NCBI RefSeq assembly: GCF_009914755.1
Contig: NC_060929.1
From: the human T2T-CHM13v2.0 reference genome, Homo sapiens
Direction: 5' to 3' (one strand)
Length of the DNA: 64,000 bases
In this document: positions 30,512-44,020 of the stretch, one piece after another
How positions within the stretch are numbered: position 1 is the stretch's first letter
How the letters are laid out: every line of letters begins with the position of its first letter
The notes under the pieces: model-generated
Database searches by the model: none
What the model saw: the letters and a program-made list of their open reading frames with translations, nothing else
Told to the model about the DNA's origin: nothing
Translations under genes and position numbers: made by a program

Positions 30512-30916
30512 GATATTCATCGACCTATTCCAGGTCCTCTCTCCACCACTGAGCCTCGTGGGGACATAAAGAGCTGCCTGCCCTCCCCTGTTCCCCTTGC
30601 CTTTTTGCAGCAGGATTCCTGAAAATGTTGACTTACAGATACGTTTTTGAGATATGAACGTTTGTTATTTCCTGGTGCTTAGGGAAGAAAATAATTGATG
30701 TTGTGAGTTGGGCGGGACTTTAGGGACTATGCTGAACAATCCACTGACCACTGCAGGCTCCCATTTATGATCTTGGGCCAACAGCCACCAGCCTCTGTTC
30801 ATGCAGTCTCACTGAGGGCAGTTACTTCTTTGGAGTGGCATGCCTCTGAGCAGATAATTCCAATAATCAATGTCAAACTAGATATTGAAACAGCCCAAGT
30901 GTCCTGGTAAAGCTAG

Positions 30917-31250
<334 letters not shown>

Positions 31251-31994
31251 CAACTGTTGCATTATTATTTGCAAATGTTGGCTATCCCTGCTGTTGTCTA
31301 TATATCAATTTTGTCTACCCAACACAGCTGTAAACTTCTCAAGGTGAGGAGTGAGCCATCACTCTTTGCACCTCTTGCTGTGATTGACATGGTATACCTT
31401 AAGATATATGTTAATTCCTATGTCTTAATAAATATTGGCTTATGGAGAATTTGTTGGAGCAAGTACAGACCCTATGTTTAACTTCTTTTATTCAACAGAA
31501 TTAAAAAACTAGCTAGTTCTCTCAATAAAATAATACTTTCTTTTCTTTCTTAAAATCTAGCTGATCTGGTCTAAAATACACATGTGGGAGGCGGGATTGT
31601 AGAAATATCTCAAATTAATTAGCGTCTAGCTCTTTGTAAGGTAATTGACAGTCTGAGTTAGTTGCTTCCCCCACTGCAAAGCAGCAAAATCTGCTCTCAA
31701 AGGCTTCACGTAGCCGGGAAAACTCCGTTCCCAATTCAGATCCTCTGGGGAGGGCATCAATTATTTCCTATTGTTTTTAGCACCGATTGTTCTGTCTAAT
31801 TTGAAAGGATCCAAAAAAGGAAATGATACTTGGCATTAGTATCATTCTCCATCACTCTTGAAAGATATATGAAGGGAATGTTGGTGCAATCAGTCTAGAA
31901 ACATATTTCTCCCATAACAATAAGCCAGTTCTTTTTGCTTTGAATCAGAAATAGCTCCATCAGGCCCATGAAGGAAAGGGAAACAAAACTGAGT

Positions 31995-33049
31995 GCCAAA
32001 CATATGATAACATGCTCAGCATCATATGACATTAGGGGATTGCAAATTGAAACAACAGTACCACCACACACCTATCAGAATGGCCAAAATCCAGAAGACT
32101 GACATCACCAATGCTAGTGAGAATGTGGAGCAACAGGAACTCTCATTCACGGCTGGTGGGGATGCAAAGTGGTGGAGCCACTTGGGAAGACAGTCTGGCA
32201 GATTCCTAAAAAGGTAAACATACTCTTACTAAACAATCTAGTAGATTTGCTCCTAGGTGTTTACCCAAAGGAGTTGAAAACATGTCCACACAGAAAACCT
32301 GCACATGAATGTTTATAGCAGCTTTACTCAAAATTGCCAAAAATTGGAAGCAACCAAGATGTCCTTCAATAGGTGGGCGGATAAAGAAATTGTATCCAAT
32401 TCTATTTCTATGAGGAAAATCTATTCATACAATAGAATACTAGTGTCAGAGATTTTTTTTTAACAAAGAGCTATCAAGCCATGAAAAGATAAGGAAGAAC
32501 TTTAATGCATATTGGTAAGTGAAAAAAGCCAGTTTGCAAAGGCTAGATACTATATGATCCCAACTGTATAACATTCTGAAAAAGGCACAACTATGGAGAC
32601 AATAAAAAGAACAGAGTTTTGGATGAAGGGAGGGATGAACAGGCAGAATACAAACAAATTTTAGGGCAGTGAAACTATTATTATGATACTTTATGGATAT
32701 AGAATATTATGCATTTTTCAAAACACATAGAATATACAACATGAAGAATGAATGCTAATGTAAACTCTGGATTTTTATTAATAATATTATTTAATTAAAA
32801 TGATTTATTTTACTTATTTTCATTATTATCTAAAATGTTATTTAATTATTAAATTTAGATGCTACTTAATTTTTGCTTTATTATTATTATGTTAATATCA
32901 TCAACTGTAACTAGTGTACAACACTAATGCAAGATGTTAATAGGGGAAATCGTGTTGGAGAGAGAGATATGTGAGAACTCTGTACTTTCTTTTCAATGTT
33001 TCTGTAAACATAAAGCTGCTCTAAAAAATTAAATCTATTAAAAAAAAAA
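31995..33049 (+). mobile_element. L1MC1-like 3' end, with an AT-rich low-complexity insert at 32770-32895
   Basis: ORF2 C-terminal remnant (ORF 32026-32217 HHTPIRMAKI..ENVEQQELSF.AGG), L1MC-type 3' UTR, and a terminal ATTAAA plus A-run. Confidence 0.85.
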
Positions 33050-34641
33050 CTGAGTGGAAAAAGAGCGTTTTGCTCATTGGATGGACTTTTTGTCCTCCAT
33101 GTGATGGAGTCAGCTGGCTGGGCGTAAACTTGCAGAAGGTGGGAGAAGGCTCTGCCAGCCTCGCCCCTGAGGTTTCCATCCTCCCGTGCTCTGATTCCTG
33201 GGGTTATGCTCTGTTGCCTCTGGTGAGAGGTGGTCAGTAACTCCATGAGCTGCTTCTGGTGCCTTTGTGCTAGACAGATTTTGCAAAGGCAGGTGTGTCA
33301 ACCACAACCAGAGGCCAATTTCCCTGGAGTCAGATTTCAGACCACATGCTCCTCTCCTCCTCACAATGTAGTCTCCTCCCCAGGCTGAGCCCTGCCAGAG
33401 GGGAGAGTTAGGACTGGTGGGAAGGGCTTGCCCCCTTGGCTGCAGGAAGCTCAGGTGGCACCTTGGGGACAATCCTAAAAAGATGCTCTTCTTCCAGATG
33501 CCTCACATCTACCTGTCAGAAAATTGTCACACTGTTCTGATGTTTCAGAAAACTCACTTTCATCTGCTAGAAAACTGTCTAGATAAATATAAGCCTGTGA
33601 TGTCTGTACCTCTGATGACGTCCCGTAGACATGGTGTCCTCCTCCACCTATTGTCGGAAGGTGGCCCATCTGACCTCGTGGTGGCCAGTTCCCTCCATCC
33701 ACTAGGACAGGCAGGCCGCTGGGAAGCGTCCTTCTCCACACCCACAGGCCCTGTCCTTGGGAGCCAGGAGACATCTCAGATGACGTACAGAATCCCTTCG
33801 TGCGGGCTCATCACGAGCCCTTTGTTCCTTAGAGTAATAGCAAACAAATGTGCTGTTGTTCCTCATTTCCATGTATTTCCATCAGTTAATTGGAAATGGT
33901 TCTGCCTGAATAGGAAATTTTTCTATCTTGGGCTTCTTGAATAGAGAAGCTCTGGGGCACAATCCTAAATCTTCAGAGGACAGAGAGCCCACATGCCACC
34001 ATTCCAGTACTGAATAGCAGCTTGGGTCCTGAGAATTTCCGGTACCCACATTTTAGAGACTTTTTGTCTACCAAAAGTAACAGTTTCATTCAGGACAAGA
34101 GGTTATTCAAAAATACATAATTAATGGCCTCTACTGAGGTCTTACATTGTGTAGAGAATAATGCATTGGGAAATGCTAAACTACCTAGTGAACAGCAAGT
34201 ATGGGGGCAGGGAGGAGGAACAGGCTTCCCTCTTGATTAAATGAAAAATAAAATAATGATGCTTTCATTTTTATTAGACAATATGTCATATACAAAACCC
34301 CAATTTTTCTCTTACTAATAGAGAAACCCCATCTTGCTCTTGGAGAGGACTGACTCTCTAGGTCCACTCTAAGCCTGTCCTCCTTCCTATCTCAGCATTT
34401 GCTCCACCAGCTCTCATTCAGCACAGAGTCTGGGGCACTGGTGCCATGAAGATGAATACGAGAGAGATCTTAGCCTTAAGGGGCTCATGGCCTGATAAGT
34501 GCATAAACAAAAAAATAATTTTTAATACAACACGGTAGGTGCTATGATACAAATTAGGTACAATACACATGTAAGCAGAGAGGGAAATGTCTGATTCTAC
34601 ATGGGGGTTCCAAAGAAATCAGGTGACACTTGAGATGGTCA

Positions 34642-35299
34642 TGGTAGAGTAGGTAATTAGGCAGATATGAGCAGGGCAGCATAGGGCCCCAAAGAACATC
34701 AGGTGACTGTCAGGTTACTGTTGGGTGATTGTTGACAGCCAGGGAGCTGGCAATAGGGAGGGGAAATTTTCCTAACAAACAGGAGACATCTTGAGCTTGT
34801 GGGCAACAACTTCCCAAGAAAAACTTAAAATGGTGAAGTTTGATCTTCCTCTGGGACATGTCTAAGCATGCACAGTAAGGGGCAAAATGGCAGCATTTGA
34901 CCCGTATATGACCTTCCTCTGGGGGTGCTAGACCAGTAAGGGAAAATTGTCCTAAGACAGCATGCACATAGCTTCAACCACCAAATGACACACGTGGTCC
35001 CTCATACACTAGCAAGTCACTGTGCACTTGGCAATTAGCCAACAGCCCACCCAAAGGGAAAGATGAGGGGAGAAGATTGGGAGAAACTGGGAAATTATAA
35101 ATAAGAGCCCTGAGCCAACAATCAGGCAAAGCATTCAAATGTTTTGTTGTCCGCTTCGTCCCTTCCAAGTGTACTTCACTTTGCTTCAATAAACTGTCAT
35201 GTCTGCTTTACATCTACCTCTGTCTCTCGGCTGAATTCTTTCTCCCAAGACAAGGATCAAGGACGAGGGGAGCCCATCCTGACTTGCCACCAGTTAACA
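34642..35299 (+). mobile_element. ERV1-class solo LTR (MER50-like)
   Basis: Starts tggtagagtaggtaattaggcagatatgagcagggcag, ends ..ccagttaaca; 4-bp TSD gtca (34638-34641 / 35300-35303); TATA-like ttataaata at about 35095 and AATAAA at about 35188. Confidence 0.8.
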
Positions 35300-35319
35300 G
35301 TCATGGCAGAAATAATCCA

Positions 35320-37180
35320 GAAATAGCTCTAATTATTGCTGATCATTTAATTCTCTTCCTGGACACTCAGGAGGATCACATTTACCCTTATACCCGAGTA
35401 GAGCCATGAAACTAATTCTCACCAAGGTGGATATGTGGGCAAATGTGATGTGTGACACTTCCAAGATATCCCATGAAATGTCTCTTACATGCAATTCTTT
35501 CTCCTCCTGTGGCAAATGTGAAGCTACATGTTGGGGACTGCAGTATCCCAAGATGCAAAGAGCCTGGATCTCTGAGTCACTCCACTGCCTGGAGAAGGAT
35601 GACTCAACTGGAACATCCTCATTAGACAACAGGTGGGTGAGAAATAAACTTTTGTTAAGTCACTAAAATTTGGAGGTCGTTTGCAACAACTGGCATGATT
35701 TATTTAATACTATGGAAATTGGTGTTCTGAAGTGGGTTGCTGCAGTAACAAAAATATCTGGCCATTTTCTTAGCAGTTGAACAAGAGGTGGGGTGGAAAC
35801 AGCATGCTGGGTGACTGGACATCTATGTTACATAGTGACAAGACATCTGGCAAATGGTCATGTGCAGAAACTTGGAAGGCTGACTCCATCACTATAGGCT
35901 CATGGCAGTTATTGGATAATGGAATGTTAGAAATGTGTACAAATTGGAATTTATTCTCTTTGGAAAGGCAAGAAATACAAGAAAGAGATGAGCACAGATG
36001 TAATTGGCTATTTTGAAAACAGAAAACCAAAGGTAACAAGAGGCCAGAAATTTAGGGCCTTATAGGGTTGTAAGAGGTAACTGCTTTTGGTCCCGACAGT
36101 GAAACATGAAAATAAAAAATTATTTGAGCTGACAAAGATCTAGTGAACTTTCTAAGCTAATTAAAGTAACTCAGGGCAAATATGTGAGTAAGGGTATAGA
36201 CTTCCCACTCAAGCCCAGTGACATGAAAGAAGCTGCCATTCCACTGAGTGGGAGGAACACCGTGGAGAAGAGGTGGGAACCAAAGGAGATTAGAGAACAA
36301 TGTCCAGGAAAGGTCTTTAAATGTGGTTACTGATGTATGAAATTGACTGGAAGCAAATAGATCAGAAGTCACTAAGATTTTGAGACAACTGCACTGCCAA
36401 AAAATACCATAACCCTGGACCAAAAAGTTCTTTGACTATTGGAGACTTAAAAAACAATCTTTGAGTACCCAGTCTTTCCTGAACAGAAAGTGACTTCCAA
36501 AAGCTGCACTGCCCCAAGCCAAACACATTGGCCAACATCTATTCTTAGGTGACTGTGGATAATAATGTGGAAAGAAGAGCCCCCAGAGGGTGAATTCTGA
36601 AGACACAAGAACAGGATCTAATCAGAATTTTCCCAGCATTAAGAACAGGGAAACATCACCATGCAACATCTACAGGACTCAAGTACAACTGTGGGCTAGA
36701 GATGGACATGAGATTTCCATTCCAAAGGGAAGAATTACACACAGTTCTGTTCTTGAACCATCACTGTCTATCGGAAAGCAGGGTGGCAGATAGCACATCA
36801 CTCAGATCATAGGCGCTCAGACCAACAGGAGCAGGAGCAGTTCAGTTTCTGGTGGAGAGTCCTGAATGGCTCAGGTATCCTGGGCTCCAACTACATACCA
36901 TGACTGGGTGGGCACCTCTGCTCTCTCCCTTGGGCAGAGGGGGAGCAAGTTTTATCATATGGGAAGAGAAGCAAAACAATTGGTGACCAGAATGGTGGAT
37001 AACTCTGCCTTCATTAAACTGTTCATTTTCCTCCCAGGCTCCAGAAGACCACATTCCCCAATCCTGTTGCATATGGATGAAGCCATGTGATTGACTTTGA
37101 GCAATGTCATATGGGTATTACAGCTGCTGGCGCCTTGCTAGGGCAAACAGGCAGGAAGATTGGTCCTCTTTGCTTTCTCT
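35320..37180 (+). mobile_element. Old MaLR (MLT1-type LTR plus internal sequence, fragmented)
   Basis: LTR-like 35320-35710 (gcctggatctctgagtcac..gagaaataaacttttgttaagtcactaaaatttgg..aatac), then ggaaattggtgttctgaagtgggttgctgcagtaacaaaaat typical of an MLT1 internal start. Confidence 0.6.
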
Positions 37181-37184
37181 CTTT

Positions 37185-37497
37185 CTTCTGGAAAGAGACA
37201 CTTTTCTCCTCTGGCCTTTGGACATCAGACTCCAGGTTCTCCAGCTTTTGGACTCTGAACCTGGCACCAGCAGCCTGCTGGGAGCTCTTAGGGCTCAATG
37301 GGGACTGCACTGTCAGCCTCCCTGGTTCTGAGTCTTTGGACTTGGACTGAGCCACTGGCTTCTCTGGTTTTTCAGCTTGTAGTTGGACTATCATGGGACT
37401 TTGACTCTGTGATTATGTGAGCCAGTTCCCCCTAAAAAAAATCCCTTTTCATATATCCTGCTGGCTCTATCTCTCTGGGGGAACCCTGACTAAAATA
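37185..37497 (+). mobile_element. ERVL LTR 3' part (MLT2-like)
   Basis: tggacatcagactccaggttctccagcttttggactctg..ggacttggactgagccact..gtgagccagttcccctaa..gaaccctgactaa. Confidence 0.75.
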
Positions 37498-37869
37498 GCC
37501 ACTGAGACTTGGGAGTTATTATAGCTTCTAACATTACTTGCATGAATAGCATAGTATTGAATAATGATTGTGAGTTCACAAAGTAGACAAGGGGGAAGGA
37601 AGAAAAGTATTTCAGGTAAGAAAGGACAACAATGCTCAAACATATTTATTAGAGGGGGTTCAGGATAGTTTCTGGATGGCTGCAGGACTTGGTGATTCCA
37701 AAGGCCATGTGCAAAAGAGGAGGAAAGGACAGCAGGACCACATAATAAGGAGTCCTTATGTCCCGATGGCAAGTTGAAGATGTTATTCTGCAAGTGATAT
37801 GGAAGCATGGATGTTAGGCCAGAAATACTATGACATAATGTTGTATTTAAAAATACTTCCCAGAACCCA

Positions 37870-38220
37870 AATGAAGAGGCATTCTAAAATACCTAACCAG
37901 TGTTCTTCAACTATGTCAAGGTCATGAAAGACAAGAAAAGAATGAGGAACTATCACAGCCTGGAGAGGACTAGGGAGACAAGACAGCTAAACAAAATGTG
38001 GGATCCTGTATCATACCCTGGGGTAGAAAAATGACATTAATGGAAAAGCTGTCAAAACTTCAATAAGATCTGCAATTTAGTTAAAAGGGCAGTACCCTTG
38101 TCGATTTCCTGATTTGATAATTGCCCTAGGGATTTATGGGAACTCTGTACTATTTTGAAACTTTTCTCTGATCATCTAAAACTATTACAAAATAAAAATA
38201 AAACAATAAAAAAATAAAAT
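37870..38220 (+). mobile_element. L1MC4/5-like 3' end
   Basis: ccagtgttcttcaa..gtcaaggtcatgaaagacaag..ctaaacaaaatgtgggatcctg..gggaactctgtactattttg, ending in an A-rich tail. Confidence 0.7.
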
Positions 38221-39039
38221 GCAAAGCATGGGATCCAACTGAAAATCTAAATAGCTATCAGGGAACTCCACCAAAAGACCCCCGGCAAGAGATGAGGAGA
38301 AGGACCTGGTAAGACGAATAGGGAGATGAAGGTGACCAAGAGGATCCTAGCCATCAAGGGACCACACAGGTTGTTAGGGCAAAGCCTCCAACTCCAGGGC
38401 ACCCAGATGTCCACGCACACATAGAGGGCATGAGTCAGACTCAAGCAAGTGGCAGGGGTGACTTGACACTCAGGCTCAGAGATTGGGCTGGTGCTTCTCC
38501 CATCCTTTATGTGTTCAGTCCAGAATCATCCTTGGAGCTGAGCCATGGCTAAATCCAGAGATGGAGAGGTAAGTACTTACAGTGAGGTAAGTAGGAAAAA
38601 AGAGGCTGTCTCTGCCCACAAAAAGATTGAGATGGTCAACACTCAGAATTCTGAACACCTGGAACCTGGTTCTATGAAGCTGTCATGCGCTGGGGAGCCT
38701 GAGGGAGACAGATGCACAAGCTTGAGTACAGGACACTTTATGAGCAGCTGGAGTTTTGATCCCAAACCTGTGTGCATAGGGCCCAGCATCGTGTCGCTTT
38801 CTTTCCCTCAGCTCATCCCTGCTTCATTCATTCAGAAATTATTCACAAGCCCCCTCTGTGTCTGGGTCTGTGCTAGGTTCTGAGAATCTCAGAGTGAGCT
38901 GAGCAGACATACCTCTGTGTTGACGGATCTTGGAGTCCAAGGGGGAAGACAGTACTGTTACTGAACTACTAGGTATACAACTAAAGACCCTGCAATGCTG
39001 CCACGTATTTATTCTGTCAGTCTTTCTCCAAGCACTCTC

Positions 39040-39960
39040 CAAAGGACCAGTGTCCATTCAGTAGGACAAATGTGCAGTGGAGAAAAGGAAATTCTCAGAA
39101 TTTGGAGAATTGCTAGATGATGGCTCTGAATTGATGCTAATTTGTGGGAATAATGATAACAGTGAGCTTCACTAGTGAAAGGGAAGGCTTATGTTGTTTA
39201 AATGATAAATGGAGTTTTTGCCTAAGCTCCACAGTGGGTCCAGTTGGCCATGGGTCCACTTTGCTGTTATTTTCCAGTGCCTGCCAAGATTAGGTGGAAT
39301 ACATGCCATCAGAAATGGAAAGACTACACACGTTGCTTCTCTGATGCTTGGAATAAGAGCTAGTATGGGAGGAAACAGCAGGTAGAATTCCTGGAACTTT
39401 TCCTTCCTTCTAGGACAATAAACCCAAAGTAATACCATATTCCTGAGTAGACTGCAGAGATTGGCATGACCCTCAAAGATATAAGAATGGTGGCACTGGC
39501 AGTATTTCTGCAGTAAACTTTGACCAGGTTACTCTCTTTGAGTAACTTGAAAGACTATTACGTCCCCATTTAGCTTACCTATTCAGCTTTTTCAGAAGGT
39601 ATGGGCTGTGGATTACCATAAATTTAATTAGGCAGTGAATCCAAAAGCAGCTGCTCTTCCACGTTTATTGGAAAATATTATCACAGCTCCTGGTATTTGA
39701 TAGGCAGCTATTGATCTGACAAATGCTTTCAATTTCTTTTCCAATTTGCCAGTACTGTATGCAAAGGGGTTTGCGCTTACCCAGCAGGGCCAACAATACA
39801 CCTTCACAGTCCTGCCTCAGAGTCGTGTTCACCTTTTTTCACTCTGCCATAACCTAGGCTGTGGGGAACTTGATTACTCTGACATCCTGGAAAATGTTAT
39901 ACCAACCCTCTATATGGCTGGAATTATGCAGGTTGAATTCGATGATCAGGAAGGAACTTT
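39040..39960 (+). mobile_element. ERVL internal fragment (protease and N-terminal RT fossil)
   Basis: Degenerate ERVL motifs: LLDDGSELMLI (protease LLDTGSELTLI), DYHKFN*AV, AAIDLTNAF, QQGQQYTFTVLPQS (ORF 39746-40009). Confidence 0.8.
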
Positions 39961-39965
39961 CGATA

Positions 39966-40350
39966 CTATATTAGCTCAGGCTGCAATAACAAAATCACAC
40001 ACTGGGTAGCTGACACAACTGAAATGTATTTTCTCACAGTTCTGGAGGCTGGGGGTCCAAGATCAAGGTTCCAGCAGGGTTGGTTTCTGGTGAGGTCTCT
40101 CTTCCTGGCCTGTGTATGGCACCTTCTCACTGCATCCTCACCATAGCCTTTCCTCTGTGTGCTCAGAGAAAGAGTGGGGTCTGGTGTCTTCTCCTCTTCC
40201 TGAAGGACACCAGTCCTATTAGATGAGGGCCCCACCTTCATGGCCTTGTTTAACCCTGAGGGCCTCCTTAATGCTTCCATCTGTAAATACAGTTACACTG
40301 GGTGCAGGGCTTCAATATAGGAACTTGGGCACACAGTTCCATCCATAACA
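39966..40350 (-). mobile_element. MaLR LTR (MLT1A-like)
   Basis: tattagctcaggctgcaataacaaaat..tctcacagttctggaggctgggggtccaagatcaaggt..ccatccataaca. Confidence 0.85.
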
Positions 40351-40354
40351 GAGT

Positions 40355-40668
40355 TGGTGTGTGTGGTGGTGTGTGACTATATCTGTGGTGTATGTGTTTG
40401 TGTGTCACTATATGTGTGTGTATATGTGTGGTTTGTGTATGTATGTGTGTACATGTGCTGTGTATCTGTGTACCTGTGCAGTGTGTGCATCTGTATGTGT
40501 GGTGTGTATGTGGTATGTGTGTGTGGTGTGTGTGTGTGTGTGTATGTGTGTGTATGTGGTATGTATGTCTGTGTGGTGTATCTGTGTGGGGTGTGTGTGT
40601 ATCTGTGTGTGGTGTGTGTGTATGTGCAGTGTGTATCGTGTGTGTGTGTGGGGGGTGTGTGTGTGTGT
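40355..40668. repeat. Degenerate (TG)n low-complexity tract
   Basis: About 310 bp of TG/TA alternation; source of the spurious Cys/Val and His/Thr ORFs. Confidence 0.95.
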
Positions 40669-40844
40669 AGTCAACAAAAGCTGGCTACTACCACAGTGGG
40701 GAAATAAGCTTGTTTAACTTTCAACATGAAAAGTCCAAAATCAAGTAGCAAGTGGGTGGGAGCTACTGAAAGCCTAGAAGCCAAATTCAAGGGGTTGCTC
40801 AAATCCCTCACAGGAGCAGGGCAGCCTCAGAGGAGCAGGGGCCA

Positions 40845-41177
40845 AGCAGTGGAGCTACAGGGGTGCAGCTAGAGGAGTAGGGCAAGAAGGGTCAGGTTAG
40901 GGGTGGGGGTACAGGGATGGGGCTAGAGGAGTGGTGCTAGATGAGTGGGCTAGAGGATGGGGCCAGAGTGGCTGGAGCTAGAGGGGTGGGTTTGGGGTGG
41001 GGTTAGACAAGTGAGGCTAGAAGTGTGGGGTTAGAGCAGTGGGACTACAGAGGTGGAGCTAGAGCGGTGGGGCCAGAGGGGCGGGGCTAGAGGGGCGGGG
41101 CTAGAGAGGTGGAGATAGAAGGGCGGGACTAGAGGAATTGGGCTAGAGGGTCGGGGCTAGAGGGGTGACGCTAGGGC
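40845..41177 (+). repeat. G-rich degenerate minisatellite, about 14-bp unit AGAGGGGCGGGGCT
   Basis: More than 20 diverged copies of (g)gggctagagg..; cleanest copies at 41075-41105. Confidence 0.9.
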
Positions 41178-42734
41178 TCAGACTCCAGGACAGACAGAAG
41201 TGACGGGGATCGACAGGCTCTGGGAAGTCTCGTGCCTCGTCTGCCTCCCATGGCTGGCTCTGCTGCGCTGCTGGTGATTTGTGAAAGTGAAGATTTTACT
41301 TTGAAGTGCAAAAGCTGTTCCATTTGTTGGTCATAAAGACATTTTTAGGCAAGTAAGTAAATAATTAATGAAATGTTTTGTTTTAATTTTTTAAGAGAAT
41401 GATTCTATGCCTTACATTTGTATAAAGCAGTGAAAAACAACACCCTATCCCCCCCTTAAGAGAACCAATTCAAATAAAATACAAATGTTTATGCAGTTCA
41501 CATTTTTATTCATAATGAAAATGCTTTATTAAGTCACATGGGAATAAAACGTAGATTCTTACGGATTAGATGACTTATTCAATGAATACAAGAGCATCAT
41601 TGTCAAAATAAGCCGTGCAATGTTCCTTGTCTAGGGCAAATGAAAAGTTACTGCAGAAAAGCAGGTTTCCAATTTTTTGCCCTGTTGTGTTGCACAGCGT
41701 GTCATACACTATCCAGTGTGTGCTGTGTTCAGAAGTCGACACCCAGCACTGTCTTGAATGTTATGAGTCTATATTTCAACAAATAAAACTTACTAGAAAT
41801 TAAGACAAATAAATTTTATACTCTAGTCAAAACTTAGTAATTTATTCTGTAATGTACATAGTAATATAGCTTTTCTGTAACTGGCACAGAATAGCTTCAC
41901 ATTTCATACTTGATGTTGGTAATAAGTAATTATTTTATTTGAGATAAGTTGGTACACTGTGTTCTTTCCTTTCCTTCTACCTTTTGGACACAGAGCAGAT
42001 GTCACTGGAGCTTTTGGCTTGGACTGTGGCTAGCTCCAGGCTGCCCACCTTGGGTTTGTCATTAACCCTGCACAGCGGTAAGCTTGCCTTGAGGCCTCAG
42101 TTCAGTGCACTCGATAAATGGTTATTTGCACCATATGCTGGGCACGTGTGGCCTAAGCACAGAAAGGCTCTGTGCGCTTGCGGAGAGCGGCCAGGCAGGC
42201 AGGCAGGTCCTGTGGCTCCTCATAGGTGGAGGTAGATGTGTGGGATGTGAGGTACCCACTCACAGCGGGTCTCACTTGCTTCTCTTGATTCTGCCTCGAT
42301 TCACTCTCACAGAGGAGATTTATCCCCAGGTATTAGATCCCCTCTACAATAACAACAGCAGGATATTAATTTTCCCTGCAAAATGACACTATTCTGTAAA
42401 ACAAGTAGTAATCAGATGTTTCATATGCATAGACAATGTAAAGTTAAATGTGATATATTAATACTGTTGTATATCAATAAGTTTCTATAAATAATCAAAT
42501 CATAACATGTAGCTAAGTAACATTAATTACACATTAGTGATTTGATTTCATCTCAGATTCTTGAGACATAAGAAAAACAAAAATGACAGAAATTTCCCAA
42601 TTGACTTCATTCAATTGATTGATACAGAAAGTCAACCAGATACCTCTATCAAAAAGCTTATACTTTATATGGGTGTGTTCATCTATTCCTAATGCAGGTG
42701 TTTTGATACCTGTATTATATTTTAAATATGTACA

Positions 42735-43102
42735 TGTATCAGTCAGAGTTTTCCAGAGAGATAGAACCGATAGAATGGATAGATGGATAGATAAATATAT
42801 TTATTTTAAGCATTACCTCACTGAGCTGTGGGGGCTGGCAAGTCTGGAATCTACAGGCCAGCAGGCTAGAAACCCAGGCGGGAGATGGTGCTGCCATCCT
42901 GAGGCAGAATTTCTTCTCTGGGAAACTTCAGTTTTTGCTCCTGTGACCTTCAACTGATTGGATGAGGCCCACCACATTATCCGGGGTAATCTCCTTTACT
43001 GACATCTACAGAATACCTTCACAGCAACACCTACATTAGTGTTTGACCAAACAAAGAGGCACTGTGTCCTAGCCAAGTTGACACCTAAAATTTACCATCA
43101 CA
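42735..43102 (-). mobile_element. ERVL solo LTR (MLT2D-like)
   Basis: tgtatcagtcagagttttccagagagatagaacc..ccttcaactgattggatgaggccc..ccaagttgacacctaaaatttaccatcaca. Confidence 0.85.
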
Positions 43103-43228
43103 GTAACCTTTACAAGTTAGCGTCCTACCCTTTTCAGAAGACTTGGAACTGGAAAATATCACGACATACACAAAAAATTACTAATTTCAATGGAGAGTAA
43201 TTCATAGAAAGGGTTTAAGACCCTCCTG

Positions 43229-43673
<445 letters not shown>

Positions 43674-43859
43674 CTAGAAGCTGACAGTTCAGATGCTCAT
43701 GTTCCTGTCTCCAGGCCCCTGTGCCTGTGCTGCCCCTCCTTTCAAGGTGGATTCACTCCATCTTTGTGCATGCCACTCCTGCTGTGGGCCCTGGAGATGC
43801 GAGGATGAGGAAACTGTGGGTTCTACTCCAACAGAGCCCACAGTCTGAAGGGGGTGGCT

Positions 43860-44020
43860 GCCAGGAAAACCTTGACTGAGGGTGGAGGGGTGATTGTGGA
43901 GATACATTAGCCTGGAGGGAGGGCATTGGCAGCTCTGAGGTTGGCTTTCGGGGAGGAAGGAATGACCTTCCCACACTCCAGGAAAGTCAGGGAAGGCTTC
44001 TGGGAGGAGGTGACCCTTGG
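43860..44020 (-). mobile_element. L2 fragment
   Basis: ggaaagtcagggaaggcttctgggaggaggtgacccttg is typical antisense L2. Confidence 0.45.

Noticed and set aside
33417-33944. 175-aa + strand ORF
   Set aside because: No true ATG start, no recognisable domain and no splice context; compatible with chance.
40354-40717. Cys/Val-rich and His/Thr-rich ORFs
   Set aside because: Translations of a (TG)n low-complexity tract; the same applies to 46205-46623 and 49386-49691.
40845-41177. Repeat array as a CRISPR-like or telomere-like structure
   Set aside because: No unique spacers and only isolated GGTTAG units; it is a degenerate minisatellite in a mammalian genome.
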